A DNA stretch of 63,641 nucleotides from an uncultured Bacillota bacterium (GCA_947650795.1 CANSWR010000002.1:1-63641), one strand, 5' to 3'. Positions 30,324-40,982 are shown, counted from the first letter of the stretch. Made by a program: numbers and translations. Notes: generated from the sequence alone by a model not told the origin.

Positions 30324-32243
30324 TTAATTTAACATTAACTTTACAACTCCACCTTCTTTAATTCTATCTCCACTCTTAGGACTTGTTTCAACAACTGTCT
30401 CTCCACTTCCACTATATTCAACAGTAAAACCTTTTAATTCCTTTAAAGCTTCACTTTTAGACATATTTACTACATCAGGTACTGTTAAATACTTTACTTC
30501 ATACCATTCATACTGTTTAGGTATACCTTCACTATCACTTTTAATATCATACAAATTTATAGCAGACTTTAAAACACTACTAGCTATAGGCGCAGAGACA
30601 GTTCCACCATATTGAGTAACACCATGAGCACCATCTATAGCAATGTAAATAACTAGTTCAGGATCATCAGCAGGCATAAATCCTATAAACGAAAGAACAT
30701 AATTCCCTACCATATATCTTCCATCTGGCCCCACCTTCTGAGCAGTACCAGTTTTACCACCAATTCTGTATCCTTCTATGTAAGCGTTATGCCCTGAACC
30801 ATTAGCAACAACACTTTCTAAAACATATTTGACTAAATCACTAGTTTCTTTAGTAACAACACCTTCACTCTTTAATTTAGGTTTAAATTCTTCTATTAAA
30901 ATTCCAGAATCGGGTTCACTTATACTAGAAACAATATAAGGAGTATACATATTTCCACCATTAACTATTCCACCAACAGCAGCAACTTGTTGAATTGCAG
31001 TGACAGAAACTCCTTGTCCAAAAGCAGTTGTAGCTTGTTCTACTGGACCAACTTTATCTAAATTAAATATAATTCCACTTGCTTCACCATTCAAATCTAT
31101 TCCAGTTTTTTTCCCAAAACCTAATCTATCAATATACTCAAATAGCTTTTCTTTTCCTAATCTATTACCTAATTCAACAAAACCTGGATTACATGAATTC
31201 TCAACAACTTGCACGAAAGTTTGGTCACCATGTCCTTTATGTTTCCAACAATGCAAAGTCGAACTAGCAACCCTTACACTTCCAGAATCATAAAAATGTT
31301 CTTCAAAAACATTGACTAATCCTTCATTTATTGCAGCAGACAAAGTTAAAATTTTAAAAGTCGAACCTGGTTCAAAACTTTTCCAAATTGCTAAATTTCT
31401 ATTTATAGTTTCCACAGAATAATTTTGATAATTTCCAGGATCAAAAGTAGGTCTACTACTCATAGCCAAAATTTCACCAGTTTTTGGATTCATTACTATT
31501 CCAATCGCACCCTCAGCAGTATACTTACTTACAGCATTATTAAGTTCACCTTCAAGAACCAACTGTAAATCTAAATCTATTGTCAAATTTATATCAAGGC
31601 CACTTTGTGGAGAAACGTAAATCTCAGGCATTTGTAACTTATTCCCTTTACCATCAGAATAATATTTTATAGACCCATCTGTTCCTGTCAAATAATCATT
31701 ATACATAAGCTCTAATCCACTTAACCCTTGATTATCTATACCTACATACCCTATTACATGGGCAAGTACATCATTATACTTATAATATCTTTTTGTTTCT
31801 TTTAACAAATACACTCCGTCATATCCCAAATTATTTATCTTCTCAGCGACTTCATAACTTAAATTTCTTCCTTCTGGATGTATTCTTTCAATTGAAACTT
31901 TCTTACTAACATGCCTCAATATTTCATTATAATCAGCACCTAAAATTTCACTAATATTTTTAGCTACCTCTTCCTTATTTTTTATCTGATTAGGAATAAC
32001 CACTAAAGAAGATGTAGTCTCATTTCCTGCGATTATTTTACCATTTCTATCTAATATCCTTCCCCTATCTGCCTGTACTGGTAAATTTCTACTCCATAAA
32101 CTACTAGCCAAACTATTTAATTTTTCATACTCAATAACTTGAATATAAAATACCCTTATTATTATAAGCACAAATAAAATTACAACTATTAAAAAAACCA
32201 TTTTGATCCTACCGTTTTGCATACTTTGAAACATAATATCCAC
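30324..32243 (-). CDS. class B penicillin-binding protein (FtsI/PBP2B/SpoVD type) with a C-terminal PASTA domain
   Basis: SxxK (STFK), SxN (SCN) and KTG (KTGTA) motifs. N-terminal TM anchor. Confidence 0.9.
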   Translation of the reverse strand: MDIMFQSMQNGRIKMVFLIVVILFVLIIIRVFYIQVIEYEKLNSLASSLWSRNLPVQADRGRILDRNGKIIAGNETTSSLVVIPNQIKNKEEVAKNISEILGADYNEILRHVSKKVSIERIHPEGRNLSYEVAEKINNLGYDGVYLLKETKRYYKYNDVLAHVIGYVGIDNQGLSGLELMYNDYLTGTDGSIKYYSDGKGNKLQMPEIYVSPQSGLDINLTIDLDLQLVLEGELNNAVSKYTAEGAIGIVMNPKTGEILAMSSRPTFDPGNYQNYSVETINRNLAIWKSFEPGSTFKILTLSAAINEGLVNVFEEHFYDSGSVRVASSTLHCWKHKGHGDQTFVQVVENSCNPGFVELGNRLGKEKLFEYIDRLGFGKKTGIDLNGEASGIIFNLDKVGPVEQATTAFGQGVSVTAIQQVAAVGGIVNGGNMYTPYIVSSISEPDSGILIEEFKPKLKSEGVVTKETSDLVKYVLESVVANGSGHNAYIEGYRIGGKTGTAQKVGPDGRYMVGNYVLSFIGFMPADDPELVIYIAIDGAHGVTQYGGTVSAPIASSVLKSAINLYDIKSDSEGIPKQYEWYEVKYLTVPDVVNMSKSEALKELKGFTVEYSGSGETVVETSPKSGDRIKEGGVVKLMLN

Positions 32244-32292
32244 CTAGTAAAATTATGATAAAAAAAAGAAAAAAAGAACCTTAAATATTACT

Positions 32293-32784
32293 TTAAAATT
32301 CTTTTTTAACATCTTCATCCAAATATGTCTCACAGTCATTCTCAAAATAATCAATATATTCTTTTAAATATGCCACATTACCTTGTTCATCTGTTAAAAC
32401 TACATCTAAAACTCTTTTCCCCACTACTTTTTCTTCTGAATTTTGAACAACTTTTATATGAGAAATCTCATTTAAACCAAGTTCTTGCTTAACATCATTA
32501 ATAACACTTTGCTTTTCTAACAAATTATTTTTTACTCTTAATACTGATTTAGAATGATTATAAATAATATACAACGGAACTATAGTAGAAAGAGATATAA
32601 CGATATTCATTATTTTTAAATTTTCTTTTACACTTAAACCATTAAAAATAGAAGATAGACTTGCAAATACAGAATAAATAGATATTAAAATAAAGTCAGA
32701 TATTAATAATAAGTTTAATGACTTTCCATCATACAATTCTGATAAAATCTTTGAAACACTATCATTTAAAATTTTCTTTCTCAT
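32293..32784 (-). CDS. hypothetical membrane protein upstream of the PBP gene
   Basis: The ORF track gives 32293..32979, but the first 65 codons are a low-complexity read-through. I prefer the start at MRKKILNDSV. Confidence 0.5.
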   Translation of the reverse strand: MRKKILNDSVSKILSELYDGKSLNLLLISDFILISIYSVFASLSSIFNGLSVKENLKIMNIVISLSTIVPLYIIYNHSKSVLRVKNNLLEKQSVINDVKQELGLNEISHIKVVQNSEEKVVGKRVLDVVLTDEQGNVAYLKEYIDYFENDCETYLDEDVKKEF

Positions 32785-32932
32785 ACATACATCAACTCCA
32801 TTAAAAGATATTATAAAATATATAAAGATAAAAATAAAGATTTTTACATAATAGACAAAATTAAATACAAAAAATTGACAACAGGAGCAAAATATGCTAC
32901 AATTATAATCAGTTAATAAAGGGGAATTTATA

Positions 32933-33155
32933 ATGGACAATAATACGAAAGGAGAATCATATTTTTTTAAGAGAAACATTTTTTAAGGCGGAAGGAGAAT
33001 ATATAAAACAAATTCAAAGTAGTGAAGCAGCAAAAATAAGACAACTTAACAAAATAGATGGAAACGATTTAGCTTTAGTAGCAAGACACTTTATAGATTT
33101 AGTAGAATATGGTTGTATAGATTATGAAAACATGGAGTTAGTAGAAAAAAAATAA
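32933..33155 (+). pseudogene. small ORF interrupted at a T7 homopolymer (frameshifted or phase-variable)
   Basis: The ATG at 32933 reads MDNNTKGESYFFKRNIF and stops. Removing one T from the T7 run (32962-32968) gives a continuous 73-codon ORF ending ..LVARHFIDLVEYGCIDYENMELVEKK at 33155. Confidence 0.3.
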
Positions 33156-33266
33156 TAATATTACTATCTGTTATAAGAGATGTAACTTTAAGAAAAAAAT
33201 TAGTATTAACACCTGATTATCAAGAAGAAAATGAAGAAACTTTAAGTAGAAGCATAAGACATAGAT

Positions 33267-33289
33267 AAGACCAATAAGGTCTTTTTTTC
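33267..33289 (+). terminator. rho-independent terminator
   Basis: AAGACC / GGTCTT stem followed by T7. Confidence 0.6.
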
Positions 33290-33310
33290 ATTAAAAAAGA
33301 AAAACTATTT

Positions 33311-33841
33311 TTAGTCTTCCTTTGGACAAGTAAAGATTTGTTTATCAAATACATAATGATCATCTTCTTTTTTAGCAGTATACTCTTCACCTTTATATTC
33401 AAATATAATTTTATTCATCTTTACTTTTTTAACTTTAATATCTTTTTTTAATTCATCTTGTAAATTAACAGTACCAGATATAACATAACCTAAATCACAT
33501 TCACCTTCTGATAAAGTATATAAATCTGTATCTATTTGTTTATATTTTGCATTAATCTTAGTATTTAATTTATTAGCAATTTTATCATCATAAACCTCTT
33601 TAGAGAAAGACAATAATTTCTCTATATTGTTATATTTATTAATAGCAACTAAATACCATTCTTTTCCATCTATTTCTTTTTTCTCATTAGGATAAACTGC
33701 TAATCCTGAACCTTCTGCCGTATAAGCAGAAACATAAGCTTTCTCTAAAGAATTAAATAACATTTTCTCCTTTTCTTCTTTACTTGTTCCACACCCTGTA
33801 ACTAATAATAGTGTAAGGGCAATTATCAAAATTTTCTTCAT
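33311..33841 (-). CDS. lipoprotein
   Basis: MKKILIIALTLLLVTGC has a lipobox. Start chosen after GAAGGAGAAGG. Confidence 0.7.
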   Translation of the reverse strand: MKKILIIALTLLLVTGCGTSKEEKEKMLFNSLEKAYVSAYTAEGSGLAVYPNEKKEIDGKEWYLVAINKYNNIEKLLSFSKEVYDDKIANKLNTKINAKYKQIDTDLYTLSEGECDLGYVISGTVNLQDELKKDIKVKKVKMNKIIFEYKGEEYTAKKEDDHYVFDKQIFTCPKED

Positions 33842-33902
33842 TTTCCTTCTCCTTCTTATCATTCTTACTTATATTTTAACACAAATTATGATTTTTATAT
33901 AC

Positions 33903-35855
33903 TTATTTTAGTAATTTTTCACATTTTTCTACTAAAGTACCTATATCAAAGCCCATATATTCTAAAACTTCCTTCCTAGAACCACTTACTCCATACGAAT
34001 TTAAAGTTAATAAATATCTTTTATTATAAACAAACTCATTCCATGAAGCATCATTACTCGCTTCTAAAACAATAATTTTAACACCTTGTGGAAACAAATC
34101 TAAAAGATATTCTGGATTCTGCTTATTAAATACTTCCTTAGAAGGCATAGAAATGACTCTTGTCATAATTCCTTTTCTTGTTAATTCATCACTAATCTGC
34201 ATAGCCGTTTCTACTTCACTACCTGTAGAAATAATTATTCCAGCTAGTCTTCCCATTTCTCTTTTAATTACATAAGCTCCTTTTAAAGTACCTTCAATAC
34301 TACTTCCTTCCAACATACCCTTTTCTTCTTTAGGTATCACCAAAGCAACAGGAGACTTTTTATTCATTATAAAATCCCAACTACCAACTAATTCATTAAC
34401 ATCCGCTGGCCTAAATACAGTTAAATTTGGAATACTACGTAAAGATCCTAACTGTTCAATCGGTTCGTGAGTAGGACCATCACTTCCTATTTTTATAGAA
34501 TCATGTGTAAATATATATGTTACTGGTAAATTCATTATAGCAGATAGCCTTATAGAAGGTTTCATAAAATCACTAAAAGCTAAAAATGTACTTCCAAAAA
34601 CTTTTAAACCTGACAAAGCAAGACCATTTATAATAGCGCCCATAGAAGTTTCTCTAACACCAAAGTGTATATTTTTACCACTAGTACTATTAATCTTAAA
34701 ATCTCCACCTTTTTCCAAATATGTCATAGTTGATTTAACAATATCTGCTCCTCCTCCTAAAAATGTAGGAGACAAAGAAGAAATAACATTCATAAGATTA
34801 GAATTAGTAATCCTCATATCTTCTCTCAAACTATTTTCAAAATTAATATGCAAATTTTTCAAATTCAATTTTACTCCGTCTTCAAGAGCTTCTAAAATTT
34901 TCTTTTTTTCAGGAATTTTTTCTAAAATAGAATTATAATTCTGAGCCCAACTATTATATATAGGACTTATTCTTTTATCTAAATTTTCTCTATAATAATC
35001 TATTGCTTCCTTAGAAACATGAAAAGGTACACGTGACATATTCATTTTTTCTTTTACTCTTAAAATATCTTCATCACTTAAAGGTTTCCCATGTGCTTCG
35101 CTAGTGCCAGCAATACTAGTACCAATTCCAATTATAGTTTTTATTTCAATAATACTTGGTTTATCATCTACTGACTTAGCTTTTAAAATTGCTTGATTAA
35201 TACTTGAAAAATCTTCTCCATTAGAAACTGTTTCAACATGCCAACCTTGAGACTCAAACCTTTTAATAATATCTTCATCAAATACACCTTGAGTTTTCCC
35301 ATCTAAAGTCACATTATTTGAATCATATAATACTATTAATTTTCCAAGTTTTAAAGATCCTGCTAAAGAAGCTGCTTCATAACTTATACCTTCCATCAAA
35401 TCTCCATCACTTACCAATACATAAGTAAAATGATTTATTAATTCTTTACCTAAAATGTTCCTTAAATATTCTTCTCCTATAGCCATTCCAACAGCACTTG
35501 CGAAACCTTCACCTAAAAGTCCTGTTGACATTTCTACACCTAACTTTGTATTTAATTCAGGATGTCCTGGAGTTTTACTACCTCTTTTACGAAACTTTCT
35601 TAAATCATCTAATTCAAATCCATAACCACTATAAAATAATGTACTATAAAGAAGCGCAGACCCGTGCCCTGCACTTAGAACAAATCTATCTCTATTTATC
35701 CAAGTACCATCATCTTTATTAAAATTAAGATGATACATAAATAAAGTATAAATCATAGGCGCAGCTCCAAGACAAATCCCTGGATGCCCACACTTTGCTT
35801 CATTAATCATATCTATAGCTAGACTTCTAATTCCATTAATAATCTTAGTATCCAT
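33903..35855 (-). CDS. tkt: transketolase
   Basis: GHPG, SAGHGS and GDGDLMEG thiamine-diphosphate motifs. 650 aa. Confidence 0.95.
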   Translation of the reverse strand: MDTKIINGIRSLAIDMINEAKCGHPGICLGAAPMIYTLFMYHLNFNKDDGTWINRDRFVLSAGHGSALLYSTLFYSGYGFELDDLRKFRKRGSKTPGHPELNTKLGVEMSTGLLGEGFASAVGMAIGEEYLRNILGKELINHFTYVLVSDGDLMEGISYEAASLAGSLKLGKLIVLYDSNNVTLDGKTQGVFDEDIIKRFESQGWHVETVSNGEDFSSINQAILKAKSVDDKPSIIEIKTIIGIGTSIAGTSEAHGKPLSDEDILRVKEKMNMSRVPFHVSKEAIDYYRENLDKRISPIYNSWAQNYNSILEKIPEKKKILEALEDGVKLNLKNLHINFENSLREDMRITNSNLMNVISSLSPTFLGGGADIVKSTMTYLEKGGDFKINSTSGKNIHFGVRETSMGAIINGLALSGLKVFGSTFLAFSDFMKPSIRLSAIMNLPVTYIFTHDSIKIGSDGPTHEPIEQLGSLRSIPNLTVFRPADVNELVGSWDFIMNKKSPVALVIPKEEKGMLEGSSIEGTLKGAYVIKREMGRLAGIIISTGSEVETAMQISDELTRKGIMTRVISMPSKEVFNKQNPEYLLDLFPQGVKIIVLEASNDASWNEFVYNKRYLLTLNSYGVSGSRKEVLEYMGFDIGTLVEKCEKLLK

Positions 35856-35914
35856 GTTTCACCTACTCTATTATATAAGTATTATACCACGCCAGATATT
35901 GTTTTGTAAAATAC

Positions 35915-36067
35915 TTAAGCATAGTAAGTTCTAACTTCTTTTATTTCTTGTGCCTGCGAGTTTATGTTTTCTATTCTTTTAGTAATTAAAAAAGATAAAA
36001 TTGCAATCACAACATAAAATAATATAATTCCCCTGTAACCCTTTAAAAAATTTATTTGTTTTCCCAT
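35915..36067 (-). CDS. 50-aa single-TM protein divergent from lexA (not in the ORF track)
   Basis: Own translation: MGKQINFLKGYRGIILFYVVIAILSFLITKRIENINSQAQEIKEVRTYYA. GGAAGTGGTGA lies upstream of the ATG at 36067. Confidence 0.45.
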   Translation of the reverse strand: MGKQINFLKGYRGIILFYVVIAILSFLITKRIENINSQAQEIKEVRTYYA

Positions 36068-36194
36068 AAACTCACCACTTCCTTTTCTAAATCTATTATA
36101 TTACACATAAATGTTCGTGTCAAGTTAAAAACAAAAAAATGTTTGACAAATATACGTTTATATGTTAAATTATATTTATAAGGAGAGTGATATT

Positions 36195-36812
36195 TTGCAA
36201 CCTTTAACAAAAAAACAAGAAGAAGTATTAACAGTTATCAAAAAATTTATTGCAAAAAATGGATATAGTCCAAGTGTTAGAGAAGTATGTGAACTAATGA
36301 ATTTAAGTAGTACTGCTACTGTATTTGTTCATATGAGACATCTTATGAATAAAGGTTATTTAAAACAAACTGACAACAAATTTCGTACTCTTGAAGTATT
36401 AGTGCCTAATGAATATTTAGAAACTAAAGATGATGTAGTTAGTGTTCCATTACTAGGTAAAGTTACATGCGGCAACCCTATAGAAGCTATTGAATTTCCA
36501 GATGAATTTATTAGTTTACCAGCTTTCATGATACCTAAAAAAGAAGAAATATTCACATTAAAAACTGAAGGAATGAGTATGAAAAATATAGGTATATATG
36601 ATGGAGACATAGTTATAGTAAAAAGAACTGCATCTGCAAAAAATGGAGATTATGTAGTAGCACTAGATGAAAATGGATTTACAACTTTAAAAACTTTTTA
36701 TAAAGAAGATGGTTACTTTAGACTACAACCCGAAAACGAAACAATGGACCCTATAATTCTTGACAAAGTTACAATACTAGGAATAGCAATTGGACTTTAT
36801 AGAAAGTTATAA
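36195..36812 (+). CDS. lexA: LexA repressor
   Basis: Winged-helix N-terminus (LTKKQEEVL..NGYSPSVREV) and S24 peptidase C-terminus (GMSM...KR). I prefer the TTG at 36195, 8 nt after AAGGAG, over the track start at 36162. Confidence 0.9.
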   Translation: MQPLTKKQEEVLTVIKKFIAKNGYSPSVREVCELMNLSSTATVFVHMRHLMNKGYLKQTDNKFRTLEVLVPNEYLETKDDVVSVPLLGKVTCGNPIEAIEFPDEFISLPAFMIPKKEEIFTLKTEGMSMKNIGIYDGDIVIVKRTASAKNGDYVVALDENGFTTLKTFYKEDGYFRLQPENETMDPIILDKVTILGIAIGLYRKL

Positions 36813-36813
36813 A

Positions 36814-36846
36814 AAGATTTGAGAAAAAACCTCTCAAATCTTTTAT
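36814..36846. terminator. bidirectional terminator between lexA and the rhomboid gene
   Basis: AAGATTTGAGA / TCTCAAATCTT stem with flanking A/T runs. Confidence 0.7.
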
Positions 36847-37973
36847 TTGTTTATAAGCATATATACAAGAAATAGTACTAATATAACTGTAATAATAATT
36901 CCATTTATCTTTTCTCTTAAGTCGCTTTTATTAGTAACACCCAAAGTATAAGTAATTAAAACTCCACCAAGTAATCCTCCAATATGACCATAAAAATCAA
37001 TACCAGGAACTATCACACTTAATATTAAATTAAGAACTATAACTGGAACAATCCCACTTCTTAAAAATCCATCTAAAGTAGCACGATATTTATATCCAAA
37101 ATACATAAGCGCTCCAAATAATCCAAAAATCGCTCCACTAGCACCTATACCAAAATAATCACCCAAAACAGCAGAAAGCAAGTTTCCAATTATCCCACTA
37201 ACAAAATAAATAATAGCATATTTTCCCTTACCATAATACTTTTCAATCATTGGGCCAACCATATAAAGTGCTAACATATTAGACATCAAATGAATAACAT
37301 CGCCATGTAAGAACATACTTGTTATAAGTCTCCATACCTCTCCTCTTTGCAAATACACAAAATGATTACCTAGATTTTGAACAAACGATTCATAATTAAA
37401 CATCATTAAAAAATAAACAAACACATTTATTAAAATTAAAGCCATTGTTAAAATAGGAGCTTTACTCTCTTTAAAAACTTTAGCTAACTTTTTATCTTCA
37501 CGAATCGTCTTATCATTTAATTCTTCGGTCATTTGAAACATTCCCATAACACCAGTAGTTTTACTAATAACTTTTTCCTTAAAATCAGGAAAAAATTCAT
37601 TCATTATCCTATTTTTTTTCAAATCACCTATTTTACTTATTTTAATACTCTCAATATCTTTAACAGAAGTAACTGGAACCTCTTCCCTAACATCAAGAAG
37701 AATATTTAAAACATTCATTTTAAAAGAATATGTTTTCTTTTTGATACTTTTTCTAATAGCATTAGCTTTTCTTAAATCTGTAGCTAACTGCTCTTCATTA
37801 TGTATATAATTAATGTTAATCCTTATAAGAGAAATATCATTATCTAAATTTTCTAACCATATCTCGTTTTGAACACCATTAACTATTATAGGTCTATAAT
37901 TTTCCTCGGTTACAAAATAATGTAATATCTTCATTACCATTTCATCTTTCTTACCGACTGTAATATTGGTCAC
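36843..37973 (-). CDS. rhomboid-family intramembrane serine protease with an N-terminal cytoplasmic domain
   Basis: HLMSNM, GASGAIFGLFGA and GHIGGLLGG rhomboid motifs. GTG start after GGAGGA. Confidence 0.85.
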   Translation of the reverse strand: MTNITVGKKDEMVMKILHYFVTEENYRPIIVNGVQNEIWLENLDNDISLIRININYIHNEEQLATDLRKANAIRKSIKKKTYSFKMNVLNILLDVREEVPVTSVKDIESIKISKIGDLKKNRIMNEFFPDFKEKVISKTTGVMGMFQMTEELNDKTIREDKKLAKVFKESKAPILTMALILINVFVYFLMMFNYESFVQNLGNHFVYLQRGEVWRLITSMFLHGDVIHLMSNMLALYMVGPMIEKYYGKGKYAIIYFVSGIIGNLLSAVLGDYFGIGASGAIFGLFGALMYFGYKYRATLDGFLRSGIVPVIVLNLILSVIVPGIDFYGHIGGLLGGVLITYTLGVTNKSDLREKINGIIITVILVLFLVYMLINK

Positions 37974-38044
37974 TTAAAAAATTCCTCCTTTTTCTAGTAC
38001 TTATATCATACACTTTTTCATAAGATTAGTAAAGGTGATTTTTT

Positions 38045-38500
38045 ATGAAAAAAGTTTTAGTATTCTTAAGTTGTTTTATTCCATGGTTGATAAGTGGCAT
38101 AATATTTAAATATGATCCTAATTATTATGAAATATTAAATATACCAACATTCGCACTACCTCCAAAAATAATAAGTATATCATGGATTATAATATACATC
38201 TTAATAGCAACATCAATTTACAAAGTAAGACAAGAAAAAAATATAATAAAAGAAGGAGACTACTTCTATGTTTTAATAACTAACTACCTAGCTAACCAAC
38301 TATTTCTTTATGGTTTCTTTAATTTAAAAAGTCCTTTCTTTGGTTTCATACTAACTACAATAACATTTATTAGTTCAATATTCTTATTTTTAGAAACGAA
38401 AAGACTAAATAAAAATGCAAGCTACTATCTAATACCTTACATTTTATATAACATATATGCCTTCATATTAAGTTTAACTGTTTACATTATGAATTTCTAA
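38045..38500 (+). CDS. TspO/MBR-family membrane protein
   Basis: Five-TM protein of 151 aa with YYEILNIPTFALPPKIISISWIIIYILI, resembling the TspO N-terminal signature. Confidence 0.55.
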   Translation: MKKVLVFLSCFIPWLISGIIFKYDPNYYEILNIPTFALPPKIISISWIIIYILIATSIYKVRQEKNIIKEGDYFYVLITNYLANQLFLYGFFNLKSPFFGFILTTITFISSIFLFLETKRLNKNASYYLIPYILYNIYAFILSLTVYIMNF

Positions 38501-39380
38501 AATCATCTAAAATACTAACAAACTCTTCTTCAAGCGGACACTCAAACTCCATAAATTTCCCATTAATAGGATGATTAAAACCTATATACTTAGCATGCAA
38601 AAGCTGACCATAATCATTAATTATATTTTTACCATATACAGAGTCATTAATTACAGGGTGTTTAATATAAGCCATATGAACTCTAATTTGATGAGTTCTA
38701 CCTGTTTCCAAAATACATTCAAGCAAAGTAGCATTATTTAATCTCTCTAAAACAGTAAAATTAGTTATAGCTTCTTTACTGTTTTTTTCTGTAACACACA
38801 TCTTTTTTCTATCATTCTCACTTCTTCCTATAGGCGCTACGATTTTACCACTATTTTCTAAAATAACCCCATTAACTAAAGCTATATATTTTCTTTTAAT
38901 TTTATGCTCTTTAAACGCTTCGCTAAGAACACGGTGCGCTTCATTTGTCTTAGAAACTAGTAAAAGTCCAGAAGTATCCTTATCTATTCTATGAACTATA
39001 CCAGGTCTATCTTCACCATTAATATCACTTAAATTACTTGTATGAAACATTAAAGCATTAGCAAGAGTTCCACTTTTATTTCCATTTCCAGGATGTACCA
39101 CCATACCACTTTTTTTATTAACAACTATAATATGTTCATCTTCATAATAAATATCTAAAGGTATATTTTCTTTTATTAAATCACTATTTTCACACCACTC
39201 TTCAAACTCTATAATATCATTAGCTTTAAGTAAATACCCTGTTTTTACTATATTATTATTAACTGTTATAGTTCCATCTTTAATATGCTTACCTATATTA
39301 CTTCTAGTCTCATCTAATCTTTCAGTAAGAAACACATCTAATCTAACTAATTCATCTAATTCACTTACTACTATTCTCAT
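38487..39380 (-). CDS. rluD: RluA-family 23S rRNA pseudouridine synthase (RluD-like)
   Basis: S4 domain plus the HRIDKDTSGLLL catalytic motif. Confidence 0.9.
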   Translation of the reverse strand: MRIVVSELDELVRLDVFLTERLDETRSNIGKHIKDGTITVNNNIVKTGYLLKANDIIEFEEWCENSDLIKENIPLDIYYEDEHIIVVNKKSGMVVHPGNGNKSGTLANALMFHTSNLSDINGEDRPGIVHRIDKDTSGLLLVSKTNEAHRVLSEAFKEHKIKRKYIALVNGVILENSGKIVAPIGRSENDRKKMCVTEKNSKEAITNFTVLERLNNATLLECILETGRTHQIRVHMAYIKHPVINDSVYGKNIINDYGQLLHAKYIGFNHPINGKFMEFECPLEEEFVSILDDFRNS

Positions 39381-39846
39381 ACTTCTCCTCCAAAAATACT
39401 CCGATTAAAAACAAAAATGCACCTACAACTATAAAAGTATCAGCTAAATTAAAAATTGCTGCATCATAACCAAATATTTTAAAATCTAAAAAATCTCTAA
39501 CATAACTAAAATATATTCTATCAAACAAATTTCCTAAAAGACCACCTATTATTAAAGAAACACCTGAATCTAATACTAAATTTCTCTTTTTATGATAAAA
39601 AAGTTCAAATAATAAATATATAAGTACTACTACTGAAATAATTACAATAAATATTGTCTTACCTCCAAACATACCAAAAGCAGCACCATCATTATGAGAA
39701 TAAGTAATACTAAAAAAATTCTTAATAACACTGACACTATCATTAAGTTTAAAATTATTCATAATTAATAATTTACTTATCTGATCTAAAACAAAAACTA
39801 TTAATATAATAAATATAAATTTAAACTTTTTCATAATATTTTTCAC
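39361..39846 (-). CDS. lspA: lipoprotein signal peptidase II
   Basis: NDGAAFG and FNLAD motifs. Four TM helices. Confidence 0.85.
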   Translation of the reverse strand: MKNIMKKFKFIFIILIVFVLDQISKLLIMNNFKLNDSVSVIKNFFSITYSHNDGAAFGMFGGKTIFIVIISVVVLIYLLFELFYHKKRNLVLDSGVSLIIGGLLGNLFDRIYFSYVRDFLDFKIFGYDAAIFNLADTFIVVGAFLFLIGVFLEEKYENSSK

Positions 39847-39938
39847 TCTCTTTCTATCTTATATTAGCATATTTAACAAAAGAAAAAAAGACCTTTATAT
39901 AAAATTACAGCTTTAAAGAAAAAGACACTACAAAGTGC

Positions 39939-40166
39939 TCACAATTCTATTAAAATAACATCACTACCTAGCTTTTTAATTTGCTCATATTTTATAGTGA
40001 TGTCTCCTTCAGTATTAAAAAAATTTCTCATATACTTACTTTTCTCAATAACTAAACTAACTAAAGAACCATTAGTCTCACTTATCTCAGCATCTATAAT
40101 TCTCCCTACTATTCTTCCATCATTAACATTTATAATGTCTTTTCTCTGTAATTCAGAAAGTCGCAT
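39939..40166 (-). CDS. ylmC: YlmC/YmxH-family sporulation protein (PRC barrel)
   Basis: MRLSELQRKDIINVNDGRIVG...IKKLGSDVILIEL aligns with B. subtilis YlmC from memory. Confidence 0.8.
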   Translation of the reverse strand: MRLSELQRKDIINVNDGRIVGRIIDAEISETNGSLVSLVIEKSKYMRNFFNTEGDITIKYEQIKKLGSDVILIEL

Positions 40167-40208
40167 AATACCACCTACATAATAATATGTTAATCACTCC
40201 ATAAAATG

Positions 40209-40982
40209 CTACTTAATCAAACGTTTAACATTATTAATCGCATTTTTCTCTAGCCTAGAAACTTGAGCTTGACTTATATTCATTTCATTAGCAATTTCCA
40301 TTTGAGTTTTTCCTACAATAAATCTACTAATTAAAATATCCTTTTCTCTTTCCTTTATCTTTTCTAATGCTCTTCTCATACTTATAAGAGAATCTAAATC
40401 TTTATTCTCTCTTTTATCCTCTATTTGATCCATTAAATATATAGTATCTCCTCCATCATTATATATAGGATCAAATAAACTCATAGGTTCTTTTAAAGAT
40501 AACATAGCTTCACTAACATCATACTCACTTATACCTAAATTAGAGCTTATTTCTTCAGTATTTGGCTCTTTACCAGTTTCTTGCATATATTCTTCCTTAA
40601 ACTTCATTATTTTATATGCTTGATCTTTAATACTTCTACTAATTCTAACAGAATTATTATCCCTAATATACCTTTTTATTTCTCCTTCAATCATTAAAAC
40701 TGCATACGTACTAAATTTTACTTCATGAGATAAATCAAAATTATCTATAGCTTTTATAAGACCAACACATCCTATTTGAAACAAGTCATCCATATTATCA
40801 GTTTTATTCTGATATTTTTTTAAAATAGATAAAACTAACTTTAAATTACCCTCCACTAATTCATCTTTAGCTTGTATATCTCCACTTTGAAATCTTTTAA
40901 ATAAATCTAACATTTCCTTATGCTTTAATACTTTAATTTTAGAAGTATTAATACCTGTAATTTCAACTTTATTCTTTGCCAT
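40209..40982 (-). CDS. sigG: sporulation sigma factor SigG
   Basis: Sigma-70 regions 2-4. It lies directly downstream of sigE, as in Bacillus and Clostridium. Confidence 0.9.
   Translation of the reverse strand: MAKNKVEITGINTSKIKVLKHKEMLDLFKRFQSGDIQAKDELVEGNLKLVLSILKKYQNKTDNMDDLFQIGCVGLIKAIDNFDLSHEVKFSTYAVLMIEGEIKRYIRDNNSVRISRSIKDQAYKIMKFKEEYMQETGKEPNTEEISSNLGISEYDVSEAMLSLKEPMSLFDPIYNDGGDTIYLMDQIEDKRENKDLDSLISMRRALEKIKEREKDILISRFIVGKTQMEIANEMNISQAQVSRLEKNAINNVKRLIK

Noticed and set aside
32785-33402. N-terminal 65 codons of ORF 32293..32979, and ORF 33220..33402
   Set aside because: The extension is low-complexity F/I/C-rich read-through overlapping a better plus-strand small ORF. The ORF 33220..33402 overlaps the 3' end of the lipoprotein gene and a terminator, and has no RBS.
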